The translations under genes and the position numbers were made by a program. From Bryobacterales bacterium (lineage in GTDB: Bacteria > Acidobacteriota > Terriglobia > Bryobacterales > Bryobacteraceae), in NCBI GenBank assembly GCA_963838455.1, contig CAWISY010000142.1:21763-85762 (forward strand): a stretch of DNA of 64,000 nt, given 5' to 3'. Within the stretch, counting starts at the first letter, position 1; each line of letters starts with the position of its first letter. A model generated the notes under the pieces. It did not search any database. It worked only from the letters and a program-made list of their open reading frames with translations, and was not told the origin of the DNA. Positions 9,641 through 18,930 of this stretch are shown one piece after another.

Positions 9641-10930
9641 ATGCGCAAGACCGGCAGCCTGGATCTGGAAGCCGTCGAGACGATGGTGCGTGCGTCGATG
9701 CATCGGGCCGGAGCGGCGAGCCTGGCTTGTTTGGTGCAGGTTCCCGTGCCTCCGCCGGACCGGCGCACGGTGAGTTGCGCCTGCGGCCAACTGGCGCACT
9801 ACCGCGAGTTGCGGTCCAAGCCCGTGCACACGGTGGTGGGGAAGGTGGACGTGTCACGGCCTTACTATCTGTGCCGGCACTGTCATGCAGGACAGTTTCC
9901 GGCGGACCAGGAACTCGATATCGTCAACACCGAGTTCTCGCCTGGCGTACGGCGCATGCAAGCGCTGGTGGGACAGGATGCCTCCTTCGATCACGGACGG
10001 GAGCAGATGAAACTGCTGGCGGGCCTGGAGGTCACAACCAAATCGGTGGAACGCGTGTCCGAATCGATCGGTGCCGATATCGCACGACGCGAGCAAGCGG
10101 AGATCGATCGCGCGGTGCAACTCGATCTCCCGATCCTGGTGGGTGAGCCCGTGCCCATCCTCTATATCCAACTGGACGGCACCGGTGTGCCGGTGGTGAA
10201 GAAAGAGACCGCGGGCCGCAAAGGCAAGCTCGACGGCCTGCCTGCCCACACGCGCGAAGCCAAGCTCGGCTGCGTCTTCACGCAAACCAAGTGGGACCAA
10301 GAAGGCTATGCGATTCGCGACCCTGACTCCACAACCTATACCGGCGCCATTGAAAACGCCGGGCAGTTCGGCAAGCGGCTCTATGTCGAGGCCTGGAAAC
10401 GCGGCTGGAGCCGCGCGGAGAAGAAGGTTGTCATCGGCGATGGCGCCGAATGGATCTGGAACCTCGCCCGGGAACACTTTCCCGGCGCCCTCCAAATCGT
10501 CGATCTGTTCCATGCGCGCCAACATCTATGGGATTTGGCACGGCTGCTCTATCCCAGCGACACCAAACGCCGTAACGCCTGGATCGGTCTCCATCAGAAA
10601 CGCTGGCTCGACAAAGGCAGGATCACCAAGCTCGTCGAGTCACTCCGCCGGATTCAAACCACCGACGCGGAACTGGCCAAGAAAATCCGTAACGAGGCCG
10701 ACTACTTCGCGACCAACGCTACTCGCATGCAATATCCCGCGTTCCGCAAACAGCACCTGTTTGTCGGCTCTGGCGTCATCGAAGCCGCTTGTAAAACCGT
10801 CGTCGGTCATCGCCTCAAACAGTCCGGTATGTTCTGGACCGTCAATGGCGCCAACTCCATCCTCGCCCTCCGCTGCTCCCACCTTAACGGCCGCTTCGAG
10901 GATTACTGGGAGAGCCGCCGCGCCGCCTAA
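9641..10930 (+). CDS. ISKra4-family (UPF0236-like) transposase
   Basis: 429 aa with CACGQLAHY...RPYYLCRHCHAGQFPADQELDI, then a DDE-like core. The reading frame is open upstream to 9560. Confidence 0.8.
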   Translation: MRKTGSLDLEAVETMVRASMHRAGAASLACLVQVPVPPPDRRTVSCACGQLAHYRELRSKPVHTVVGKVDVSRPYYLCRHCHAGQFPADQELDIVNTEFSPGVRRMQALVGQDASFDHGREQMKLLAGLEVTTKSVERVSESIGADIARREQAEIDRAVQLDLPILVGEPVPILYIQLDGTGVPVVKKETAGRKGKLDGLPAHTREAKLGCVFTQTKWDQEGYAIRDPDSTTYTGAIENAGQFGKRLYVEAWKRGWSRAEKKVVIGDGAEWIWNLAREHFPGALQIVDLFHARQHLWDLARLLYPSDTKRRNAWIGLHQKRWLDKGRITKLVESLRRIQTTDAELAKKIRNEADYFATNATRMQYPAFRKQHLFVGSGVIEAACKTVVGHRLKQSGMFWTVNGANSILALRCSHLNGRFEDYWESRRAA

Positions 10931-11079
10931 TCTCCACTTCTATGTCGCGCACCCCTATAAATCCCCGACGAGGGAATCCCAACGATGCGCCAAAAGAGTC
11001 GCGTCCGGGGCCGAATGTGTTTTGTCCGCGGATCGTGTATTATACGCGATGGACTTGTCGGTTTAACTTCGAGGTCATC

Positions 11080-11529
11080 ATGCACTGGAACAAACAATGG
11101 AGTAACCGCTGCCTCGCGGCGGCGGCCATCGGAGCGGGATTGATTTGCGGGGCGTTCTCGGTCACCGCGCAGCAAGGCTATAGGGCTCGCCTCTCCGCAC
11201 TTCCCGCGGATGCCAAGACGGTTAAAGAGATGGCCGGGACGGGCACGGTGAGCGCGACAGTGGCCGGCTCCAAGCTCACGCTGAATGGCACCTTCGAAGG
11301 CTTGAAAACCAACGCCACCATGGCGGAGCTACGCGATGGCGGCATGGCTGCCGTGCGCGGGCCCGTGGTCGGGCCTTTGACCATCACCAAGGCGATGCAG
11401 GGAACCATCACCGGATCCGTGGACCTGAACGCCACGCAAGTAGAGCACTTGAAAAAGGGCGGCCTGTACGTGCAGATTTATACCGAGAAGCCCGCGGACG
11501 GCACCCTCTGGGGCTGGCTGCTTAAGTAG
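11080..11529 (+). CDS. secreted CHRD-like domain protein (tentative)
   Basis: Signal peptide. C-terminal [22 protein letters not shown] resembles the CHRD tail. The ORF-track extension to 10942 lies inside the IS end. Confidence 0.55.
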   Translation: MHWNKQWSNRCLAAAAIGAGLICGAFSVTAQQGYRARLSALPADAKTVKEMAGTGTVSATVAGSKLTLNGTFEGLKTNATMAELRDGGMAAVRGPVVGPLTITKAMQGTITGSVDLNATQVEHLKKGGLYVQIYTEKPADGTLWGWLLK

Positions 11530-11543
11530 GAGTACACATTTCC

Positions 11544-13787
11544 ATGAAGAAGAATCTCGCGTTGATATTGGCGCTGGCCGGATGCTACGGCGTGGCGCGA
11601 CTCGCCGGTCAACAGGCGGCGCTTCCCGCCGGGCCGTTTACCGCTGCGCAGGCCGATGCCGGTCGCACCGCGTATCAGGCCAACTGCGCCAGTTGCCACA
11701 ATGCCGATTTGAGCGGCAGCGGCAACGCGGCCCCTCTGGCAGGAAGCGTCTTCATGGGCGGATGGGGCAACCGCACCACGCAGGATCTGGTGGGATTCAT
11801 GGCCGGCGCGATGCCTCCCAACAATCCCGGAAGCTTGACCGAAGCGGCCTACGTGAGCATTACCGCTTACATCCTGCAATATAACGGCGCGCGTCCGGGC
11901 ACGCAGGAGCTGACTTCGTCGACCAACGTCGCGCTTCGCACTGTGGCCAGCGGCCAGACGGCTGCACAAGTCGCACAAGGTGGCGGAGGCGGACGAGGTC
12001 GCGGAGCGGGTGGAGGAGGCCGTGGCGCGGCTGGAGCGGCGGCGGGTGGAGCTGCGGGCGGTGGTCGCGCAGGAGGCGGCAGAGGAGCAGCGGCAACGCC
12101 GCGTGGGCTTACCGTCGCCGGAACCGTCAAGAATTACACTCCCCTCACCGACGCCATGATGAAGAACCCCGATCCCAGTGACTGGGTGATCCTGCGTCAC
12201 GACTATCACGCTAACAATTACTCCACGCTGAACCAGATCAATGCCGGCAATGTGAAGGATCTGCAGCTCCAGTGGGTGTGGGCCATGCCGGACGGCACCA
12301 ATCAGAACGCTCCGCTGGTGCACAACGGAGTGATGTTCATCAACAATCCCACCAATATCGTCCAGGCTCTCGATGCCAAGACGGGCGACCTGATCTGGGA
12401 AAACCGCATCGGCGAGAATGCCACCGGGAGCTCGCAGCGCGGCATCGCGCTGTACGGAGACAAGGTCTACATCACCACCGGCGACGCGCACATTTACGCG
12501 CTGGATGCTCGCACCGGCAAGAATGTTTGGGATACCGTCATCGGCGACCGCACCAACGGCAGCTACAGCACCTCCAGCGGTCCGCTGCTCGCGAAAGGCA
12601 TGGTGATCCAAGGCCTGGGCGGCGGCCAGTGCGACCAGTATCGCGAAGAGAAGTGCTTCATCAGCGCCTATGACGCGCAGACCGGCAAACTCAAGTGGAA
12701 GTTCTATACCATCGCCAAGAAGAGCGATCCTGGCCCTGAGATCAAGTTATACGGACCACCTCCGGGCGACACCTGGGGTTCGCTGGGCGATCTGTTCCGC
12801 GCCGGCGGCGACACTTGGATCACCGGCAGCTACGATGCCGACTTGAATCTGACCTACTGGGGCGTCGCGCAAGCCAAGCCGTGGATGCGCGCCAGCCGCC
12901 AATCCGGCAACGGTTCGACCGCCTACGCCAACTCGACCGTGGCGCTTGATGTCGATACCGGGAAGCTGAAGTGGTATTACATGCACGCGCCCGGCGAAAC
13001 GCTGGACCTGGATGAAGTCTTCGAGCGCGTGCTGGTGGATTCCGGCGGGCAGAAACTGGTGTTCAGCGCCGGCAAAGACGGCATCCTGTGGAAGAACGAC
13101 CGCACCAACGGCAAGTATCTGGGCCACAAGGAGACCGTGTTCCAGAATATTTACGATTCCTTCGACCCGGTGACCGGCGAGCCGCACTTCCGCAACGACA
13201 TCGTCGAGAATCAGGTGGGCACCTGGGTGCAGAGCTGTCCGACTTCGGAAGGCGGCCACAACTGGCACGCCATGAGCTACAACGCGCCGACCAACCAGAT
13301 CCTGATTCCGGTGGCGGAGAGCTGCCAGGAAATGAACGCGCAGAAAGTGGATTTGAAGGAAGGCGGCGGCAGCGCGGGTGGCGCGGCGCGGCGCTTCTAT
13401 GAGTCGCCGGGCTCCAACGGTAATGTGGGCAAGTTCGCGGCCTACGACGTCGCAACGCTCAAAGAGAACTGGGCCATCCGGCAGCGTTCGCCGTTCATGA
13501 CCGCTGTGTTATCGACCGCAGGCGGCATCGCCTTCGTCGGCGATATGGATCGCGTGCTGCGCGCGGTGGACGTCAAGAACGGCAAGGTCCTGTGGGAGAC
13601 TCGCCTGGGGACTTCGGTCCAGGGCTTCCCGATCACCTTCAGCGTCGGCGGACGGCAGTTCATCGCCGTGCCGAGCGGCCTCGGCGGCGGCAGCCCGCGC
13701 ATGGTCCCGAGCGTGCTTGCGCCGGAGGTGCACTATCCCAATACCGGCAACGCCCTGTATGTATTCGCCCTGCCGGAGAAGAAATAA
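11544..13787 (+). CDS. PQQ-dependent dehydrogenase with N-terminal cytochrome c domain
   Basis: CASCH heme motif with a distal MPP, then a G/A/R low-complexity linker. The 8-bladed PQQ propeller opens with [20 protein letters not shown] and has repeated W-docking motifs. Confidence 0.85.
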   Translation: MKKNLALILALAGCYGVARLAGQQAALPAGPFTAAQADAGRTAYQANCASCHNADLSGSGNAAPLAGSVFMGGWGNRTTQDLVGFMAGAMPPNNPGSLTEAAYVSITAYILQYNGARPGTQELTSSTNVALRTVASGQTAAQVAQGGGGGRGRGAGGGGRGAAGAAAGGAAGGGRAGGGRGAAATPRGLTVAGTVKNYTPLTDAMMKNPDPSDWVILRHDYHANNYSTLNQINAGNVKDLQLQWVWAMPDGTNQNAPLVHNGVMFINNPTNIVQALDAKTGDLIWENRIGENATGSSQRGIALYGDKVYITTGDAHIYALDARTGKNVWDTVIGDRTNGSYSTSSGPLLAKGMVIQGLGGGQCDQYREEKCFISAYDAQTGKLKWKFYTIAKKSDPGPEIKLYGPPPGDTWGSLGDLFRAGGDTWITGSYDADLNLTYWGVAQAKPWMRASRQSGNGSTAYANSTVALDVDTGKLKWYYMHAPGETLDLDEVFERVLVDSGGQKLVFSAGKDGILWKNDRTNGKYLGHKETVFQNIYDSFDPVTGEPHFRNDIVENQVGTWVQSCPTSEGGHNWHAMSYNAPTNQILIPVAESCQEMNAQKVDLKEGGGSAGGAARRFYESPGSNGNVGKFAAYDVATLKENWAIRQRSPFMTAVLSTAGGIAFVGDMDRVLRAVDVKNGKVLWETRLGTSVQGFPITFSVGGRQFIAVPSGLGGGSPRMVPSVLAPEVHYPNTGNALYVFALPEKK
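11978..12098 (+). repeat. low-complexity GGN/GCN coding repeat (Gly/Ala/Arg linker)
   Basis: Translates as [39 protein letters not shown] inside the dehydrogenase ORF. Confidence 0.8.
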
Positions 13788-13808
13788 AGCGGTGGGCCGA
13801 CGGTCTGT

Positions 13809-14099
13809 CTAGGCGGGACACGTCGCGTTGGACGCGGACGCCTCCCGCCGACTCCGCCAGGCGGCCAGCAACTCCCCGCGAGCGGCATCCAAGGCTGCGG
13901 TCTCCTTGACCAAATCCGTGAAGCCCTCATAGTTTCGAACAATTTCCCGGGCATCCGTGTATCGGCAAGCATACTCCACGAGCTCGAGGTGTCCCTCGGG
14001 CAACTCATCCGCCCTACCCGCCTGCCACAGCGTCGCCCACGGGTGGAGCACCTCCTGCACGAGCAGGTCAACATCGGGGGATTCTTGAATCAACGTCAT
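13809..14099 (-). CDS. hypothetical small protein
   Basis: 96 codons from ATG 14099 (MTLIQESPDVDLL...). This is the only part of the long minus ORF not overlapping the aldo/keto reductase gene. Confidence 0.4.
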   Translation of the reverse strand: MTLIQESPDVDLLVQEVLHPWATLWQAGRADELPEGHLELVEYACRYTDAREIVRNYEGFTDLVKETAALDAARGELLAAWRSRREASASNATCPA

Positions 14100-14213
14100 C
14101 GCCTCCAGAATAGCGCAGCCTCCATCCGGCGCCGGAAAACGCGCGGAACCTCCTGACCCGAAGCCGATCGTTTTCGAGTAGCGCCATACCCGTACCCAGC
14201 TAAGATAGAGATC

Positions 14214-15233
14214 GTGGAATATCGACAGCTCGGAGGCTCTGGCCTCAAAGTGCCCGTGTTGAGCTTCGGCGCCGGAACGTTCGGCGGACAAGGGCAAATC
14301 TTCCAGGCGTGGGGATCGACAGACGTCGCAGGGGCTACGCGCCTGGTGGACATTTGCCTGGAAGCCGGAGTCAACCTCTTCGACACCGCCGACATCTATT
14401 CGAGCGGCGCTTCCGAGGATATCCTCGGCAAGGCCATCGCGGGCCGCCGGTCGAGCGTCCTCATCTCCACCAAGGGCTCCTTCCGCATGGGCTCCGGACC
14501 CAATGATTCCGGAAGCTCCCGGCATCATCTGATCGAGGCCGTGCATGGGAGCCTCAAACGGCTCGGCACGGATTACATCGACATCTACCAACTGCACGGC
14601 TTCGACGTGGTCACGCCGGTCGAGGAGACGCTTTCGACGCTGGATGAGATGGTGCGCGCGGGGAAGATTCGCTACATCGGCTGCTCCAATTTTTCGGGAT
14701 GGCAGTTGATGAAGTCGCTGGCGGTTTCGGACCGTTATGGCTGGGCGCGCTACGTGGCGCATCAGGCCTACTATTCTCTGGTCGGCCGCGATTACGAGTG
14801 GGAACTGATGCCGCTGGCGCTGGATCAGAAAGTCGGCCTGCTGGTGTGGAGTCCGTTAGGGTGGGGCCGGCTCACCGGCAAGATCCGACGCAACCAGCCG
14901 CGGCCGGAGGTGAGCCGTCTTCCGGCCACCGCGTCCATCGGCCCTCCCGTTCCCGACGAGTATCTCTACAAAGTCGTCGACGCCATCGACGACATCGCCA
15001 AGGAAACCGGCAAGACCGTGCCCCAAATCGCGCTGAAGTGGCTGACGCAGCGGCCGACCGTGAGCTCCGTGATCATGGGTGCGCGCGACGAAGCGCAGTT
15101 GCGCGAAAATCTCGGCTCGGTGGGCTGGAACCTGACGCCAGAGCAGATCGCCAAGCTGGATGCTGCGGGCGCTGTTACCTTGGCGTACCCGTATTGGCAT
15201 CAGCAATTTTTCATCAAGGAACGACGGGGATAG
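14214..15233 (+). CDS. aldo/keto reductase
   Basis: MEYRQLGGSGLKVPVLSFGAGTFGG, DTADIYS and IRYIGCSNF are typical AKR motifs. Confidence 0.9.
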   Translation: MEYRQLGGSGLKVPVLSFGAGTFGGQGQIFQAWGSTDVAGATRLVDICLEAGVNLFDTADIYSSGASEDILGKAIAGRRSSVLISTKGSFRMGSGPNDSGSSRHHLIEAVHGSLKRLGTDYIDIYQLHGFDVVTPVEETLSTLDEMVRAGKIRYIGCSNFSGWQLMKSLAVSDRYGWARYVAHQAYYSLVGRDYEWELMPLALDQKVGLLVWSPLGWGRLTGKIRRNQPRPEVSRLPATASIGPPVPDEYLYKVVDAIDDIAKETGKTVPQIALKWLTQRPTVSSVIMGARDEAQLRENLGSVGWNLTPEQIAKLDAAGAVTLAYPYWHQQFFIKERRG

Positions 15234-15365
15234 CAGCGACGCTCCGCGCATTTTCGGCATAAACGCTAGTAAAAACACTAGTTCAGAGGTGGTCCGATGG
15301 CCATTGGGGGTTCGATTGCTTGCTTGGCCAGATCGAGTCCACGAACGACCCAAAGCTGGTACAAA

Positions 15366-16166
15366 ATGTTCCGTATCCTCATTGTCGATGACGACCGGGC
15401 TACCTCATTCTTACTTAAAGAACTGATGAAGAATGTGCACCACGCACATGAGCTGCACTTCGTGGGCGACGGCCTGGAGGCGCTTGACTTCCTGCATCGC
15501 CGCGGAACCCATCCCGGCGCTCCGCGTCCGAACCTCATTCTCCTCGATGTCGAAATGCCGCGCCTGGGTGGTCTGGAGACCTTGTCAGCCATCAAGACTG
15601 ACCCTCAGCTTCTTGAGATCCCCGTGATCATGTTCTCGGACTGCAGCGCGCCCCACCAAGTGCGACAGAGCTATTTGGCGCACGCCGCGTGTTACGTGGA
15701 AAAACCGGTCGATCTCGAACGCTCGGTAAAATTGGTAAAGGCAATCGAGGCTTTCTGGATGGAATTTGCCTGCGCCGACGTGGGAGAGAATCACCAAGTC
15801 TCAGATTTCAATTGGGAGAACTTCACAATGCTGTCAGCGGGGAGCAATTCTGGTCCCGCGATTGCAAACGGCAAGGTGGAGGTGAGGAGCCAAACGACGA
15901 TGTCAATCAGTGATACGCCCTCTAAGAAGACGCCTTCCAGTACTGGGTGTGAAGAACACGCCCGTCTGTTGGAGGAGTTCGGCGTGGCAGTGCGTGAACT
16001 CCTGGAGCTGCATCAACAGCAGTTCGAGACGATCTCCACCGGTGAGGGCGAAGCGGAACGATTCGACATCTTGATCCATATGGCGAACGAGAAGAAGCAA
16101 CTTGCCAAGTACACATATATTCGCCATCTGGAAGAGCACGGCTGCTCGAAACATCTATGGCACTGA
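15366..16166 (+). CDS. response regulator (receiver domain) with uncharacterised C-terminal half
   Basis: MFRILIVDDD...LILLDVEMPRLGG...PVIMFS...YVEKP is a CheY-like receiver. About 130 further aa carry no recognised motif. Confidence 0.8.
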   Translation: MFRILIVDDDRATSFLLKELMKNVHHAHELHFVGDGLEALDFLHRRGTHPGAPRPNLILLDVEMPRLGGLETLSAIKTDPQLLEIPVIMFSDCSAPHQVRQSYLAHAACYVEKPVDLERSVKLVKAIEAFWMEFACADVGENHQVSDFNWENFTMLSAGSNSGPAIANGKVEVRSQTTMSISDTPSKKTPSSTGCEEHARLLEEFGVAVRELLELHQQQFETISTGEGEAERFDILIHMANEKKQLAKYTYIRHLEEHGCSKHLWH

Positions 16167-16366
16167 CAAAACTGGAACGTGAAGCCATTACCGATAGCGT
16201 GTTGAGGATTGAGTCCATACGGGCGTCCCTGAAGCAAGTGGATGACGCTAAGCTTAGCGATATCGATGCGATCCATGAATGCCTTAAGACCGCCGATAAC
16301 AGTTTCCGCCTGGCGCTGAAAAATGGTCCCGCCAGGGAAAAGGAACGCGCACCCGGCAAACATTAA
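16157..16366 (+). CDS. hypothetical small protein
   Basis: 69-aa ORF overlapping the response-regulator stop by 10 nt. Helical and charged; no motif. Confidence 0.35.
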   Translation: MALTKLEREAITDSVLRIESIRASLKQVDDAKLSDIDAIHECLKTADNSFRLALKNGPAREKERAPGKH

Positions 16367-16386
16367 TCGGTCTCGATGTCGCCAAG

Positions 16387-17250
16387 TTGGGTGTGTCGCC
16401 AAATTTGGGTGTCGCGGCAGCCGTCCTCTTGGCGTATCCTTATAGCTTGAACGGCGACACTCGGCGAAATTTCCTGAAAGCCACGGCCACGGGCCTGGCC
16501 GCGGCAGCAGCGGTCCAGTCCCAGTCCAAGTCAGCCAAGGACGAGCCCGTGCTCGGGATGATTTTCCCTCCCTTGAACCGGCCCCTTCCGCCCGAGGCTA
16601 CGATCATGTATCCGCACGGCGTCAAGTTCCTGATCGAGGGCCTGGGTCTCGAGTCGCTCACGCCGGAGGGCTATGACAAGGTGATCCCGCTCATTAAGCC
16701 CGCGGCGGAACGCCTGGCCAAGGCGGGATCTCAGGCCATCATCCTGATGGGGACTTCGCTCACCTTTTACAAAGGCGCGGCCTTCAACCAGCAGCTTACC
16801 GATTCCATCAAGAGCGCCACCGGCCTTCCCGCCACCACCATGAGCACGGCCGTGATCGAAGGCTTGAAGACCGTGGGAGCCAAGCGGCTGGCCGTCTCCA
16901 CCGCCTATAACGACGTGGTCAACGATCGCCTTACCGCCTTCCTCAAAGAGAACGGCCTCGAGGTGGTGAAGATGAAAGGCCTCGGCATCACCGATATGGA
17001 CACTCCCGGGCGCGTCACCGAGGACGATCTGTTGAAGTTCAGCGTGGATGTGCACAAGGAAGCTCCGGGATCGAACGGAATGCTGGTCTCCTGCGGAGGC
17101 CTGCGCACGCTCGAAATGCTTGCGCCTCTCGAAAAGCAAACCCACGTTCCTGCCGTTTCGAGCACTCCTCACGCCCTCCGCGCCGGAGTCCGCTTGCTGG
17201 GCATGAGCGGCAAGGTCAACGGCTTCGGGACGCTTCTGGCGAAGGGCTGA
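16387..17250 (+). CDS. Asp/Glu racemase superfamily protein (arylmalonate decarboxylase / maleate isomerase-like) with twin-arginine signal
   Basis: TRRNFLKATATGLAAAAAV Tat motif. LMGTSLTFY and LVSCGGLRT active-site regions. Confidence 0.75.
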   Translation: MGVSPNLGVAAAVLLAYPYSLNGDTRRNFLKATATGLAAAAAVQSQSKSAKDEPVLGMIFPPLNRPLPPEATIMYPHGVKFLIEGLGLESLTPEGYDKVIPLIKPAAERLAKAGSQAIILMGTSLTFYKGAAFNQQLTDSIKSATGLPATTMSTAVIEGLKTVGAKRLAVSTAYNDVVNDRLTAFLKENGLEVVKMKGLGITDMDTPGRVTEDDLLKFSVDVHKEAPGSNGMLVSCGGLRTLEMLAPLEKQTHVPAVSSTPHALRAGVRLLGMSGKVNGFGTLLAKG

Positions 17251-17251
17251 C

Positions 17252-17312
17252 AAAAAACCGCTCCTTCCAGTCGCGGCTCGGTAACGCATTGCAGCGACTG
17301 AGCGGTTTTTTT
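17252..17312. terminator. bidirectional intrinsic terminator
   Basis: AAAAAACCGCT...CAGTCGC-loop-GCGACTG AGCGGTTTTTTT lies between convergent genes. It is A-rich 5' and T-rich 3'. Confidence 0.7.
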
Positions 17313-17319
17313 GGACTGT

Positions 17320-18897
17320 TTACCGGCGCGGTTTGGTAACGGTGGACACCAGGTTGCGCTTGAGAATCGCGGACGCGCTGATGACTCCGCCCAGCATCGC
17401 ACCGGCCACGCCTAGCGACGCCACGTCCTGACCAGTCAAATAAAGATTCCGTACCGAGGTCTCGGGCGCCAGCGCACGCGTGCAGAAGCGCTCCGGCGTC
17501 GCGGCCAGCCCATACGCCTCCCCGCGCGGGTAATTCATGAAGTGGCGCGTGGTCAGCGGTGTCGACAGTTCCGCCCAATCGATCTTGCCGGAGGCGGCGG
17601 GAACCGCCCGCTCCAGCTCCATAATCAGGCGCTGCCGCAGAGCGCCCTTGAAAGCGTTGTATTCCTCGCCGCGCTTCTTCCACGCCGTATTTTCATATGG
17701 CGCGAACCAATCATAAGGCGCTAGCGCAACGACCTCGATGGTGGCTCGGCCCGGGTGCTTCTTCTCAAACTCGGGGTCCTTGGCCGAGGGGAAGGAGAGG
17801 AACAGCATCGGGAAGGGCTGCGAGGAGTCCTGCACGAAACGGGCGAAATTCGCGTCGTGATCGCAAGTGGGCGCGATCCACAGATTGGTTCCGTTCAATC
17901 CGGCATCCGCTGCGCTCTGTTTCAAGCCGACATAAAGGCTCAGGTGCGCCATGGAGGGAGGAAGCTTGCGCAGTTCGGCTTGGATCGGCTGCGGCGAGGT
18001 TACCAGACGTTCGAAAGTGTTGCGCGCGCCGGCGTCGCTGATCACTAAACGCGAGCGGAACTCGCGTCCATCGGCCATTTTCACGCCCACCGCCGAAACT
18101 TTCTCGATTAAAACCTCCGACACTTCCGCGCTGATCACGATCTTGCCGCCGGTTCGCTCAATTAAAGGCTCGATGGTTTCGAGGATCCGCGCCGCACCGC
18201 CCACCGGATAACTGGCGCCGTCGAAATAATGGCTGGCGATGATGGCGTGGATCGCGAAACTGCTTTGCGCAGGGGGCAAACCGTAATCGCCCCACTGCGC
18301 CGTGAGCACGCCGATCAGCTCCTGGTTGCGAGTGAGCGCGCGCAGCACGTCCAGAGTGGTGCGCGAGGCCCACTTCACGAATCCGGCGCACATGAATCCG
18401 CCGGCGATTTTCGCGACCGGCCGGGGAACAGCCTTTTCCGCGAAGTAGAGCCGGCTGGACTTTCCGACGGCGTCCAGCGCGCGGAAATACGCATCGATCG
18501 CTGCGGCTTCGCCCGGGAATGCGTGCTTCAGCGCGGCTCGCAAATTCTCTTTGCCCTTGGGAAAATCGAAGCTGCGAGAGGCGATTCTGACGCGGTCATA
18601 GACATCGGGCATGGGCTGCCAGTCGAGCTGTCCCTCGGTGAGGTGATCGAAAACGGCGCGCATCGGCGATTCCGGATCCTGCATCTGGCCGACGTAGTGG
18701 ACGCCTACGTCCCACGAATAGCCGGGCCTCTTGAAGCTGTGGGTGTAGCCGCCCGCAGTGTAGTGCCGCTCCAGCACCAGCACCTTTTTGCCCGCGTATT
18801 TCGCCAGCAGCGCCGCCACCGACAAGCCTCCCAGACCGGAGCCAATCACGATGGCGTCCCAGTTGTCTTCGAGCGTGTGCTGCTTATAGGAGAGCAC
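17320..18897 (-). CDS. FAD-dependent oxidoreductase (phytoene desaturase / CrtI-like family)
   Basis: WDAIVIGSGLGGLSVAALLAKYAGKKVLVLERHYTAGG dinucleotide fold. The ORF-track start at 19173 overlaps the upstream gene and the repeat element, so in-frame GTG 18897 is proposed. Confidence 0.75.
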   Translation of the reverse strand: MLSYKQHTLEDNWDAIVIGSGLGGLSVAALLAKYAGKKVLVLERHYTAGGYTHSFKRPGYSWDVGVHYVGQMQDPESPMRAVFDHLTEGQLDWQPMPDVYDRVRIASRSFDFPKGKENLRAALKHAFPGEAAAIDAYFRALDAVGKSSRLYFAEKAVPRPVAKIAGGFMCAGFVKWASRTTLDVLRALTRNQELIGVLTAQWGDYGLPPAQSSFAIHAIIASHYFDGASYPVGGAARILETIEPLIERTGGKIVISAEVSEVLIEKVSAVGVKMADGREFRSRLVISDAGARNTFERLVTSPQPIQAELRKLPPSMAHLSLYVGLKQSAADAGLNGTNLWIAPTCDHDANFARFVQDSSQPFPMLFLSFPSAKDPEFEKKHPGRATIEVVALAPYDWFAPYENTAWKKRGEEYNAFKGALRQRLIMELERAVPAASGKIDWAELSTPLTTRHFMNYPRGEAYGLAATPERFCTRALAPETSVRNLYLTGQDVASLGVAGAMLGGVISASAILKRNLVSTVTKPRR

Positions 18898-18930
18898 GGT
18901 CTCTTCAGTATAGAGACCGGCGAGTTTTGA

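Larger units (their letters stand above)
9082..10980. mobile_element. ISKra4-family-like insertion sequence (approximate ends)
   Basis: Perfect 13-bp inverted core GCGCGACATAGAA (9124-9136) / TTCTATGTCGCGC (10938-10950). Weaker flanking similarity: TTTATAAA / TATAAA and GGGAAATCCC 9082-9091 / GGGAATCCC 10972-10980. Encloses orfA plus the transposase. Exact termini and target duplication are not resolved. Confidence 0.6.

Noticed and set aside
11005-11050. Apparent similarity between 9160-9195 (inside the IS, upstream of orfA) and 11005-11050 (outside the IS) that might mark a duplication
   Set aside because: Only short AT-rich promoter-like words (TTGTC..., TATAATACG / TATTATACG) are shared. 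That is not enough to call a repeat by eye.
13809-14762. 317-aa minus-strand ORF spanning the start of the aldo/keto reductase gene
   Set aside because: Its upstream two thirds overlap the AKR gene in antisense. Only the last 96 codons (13809-14099) are kept, as a low-confidence small gene.
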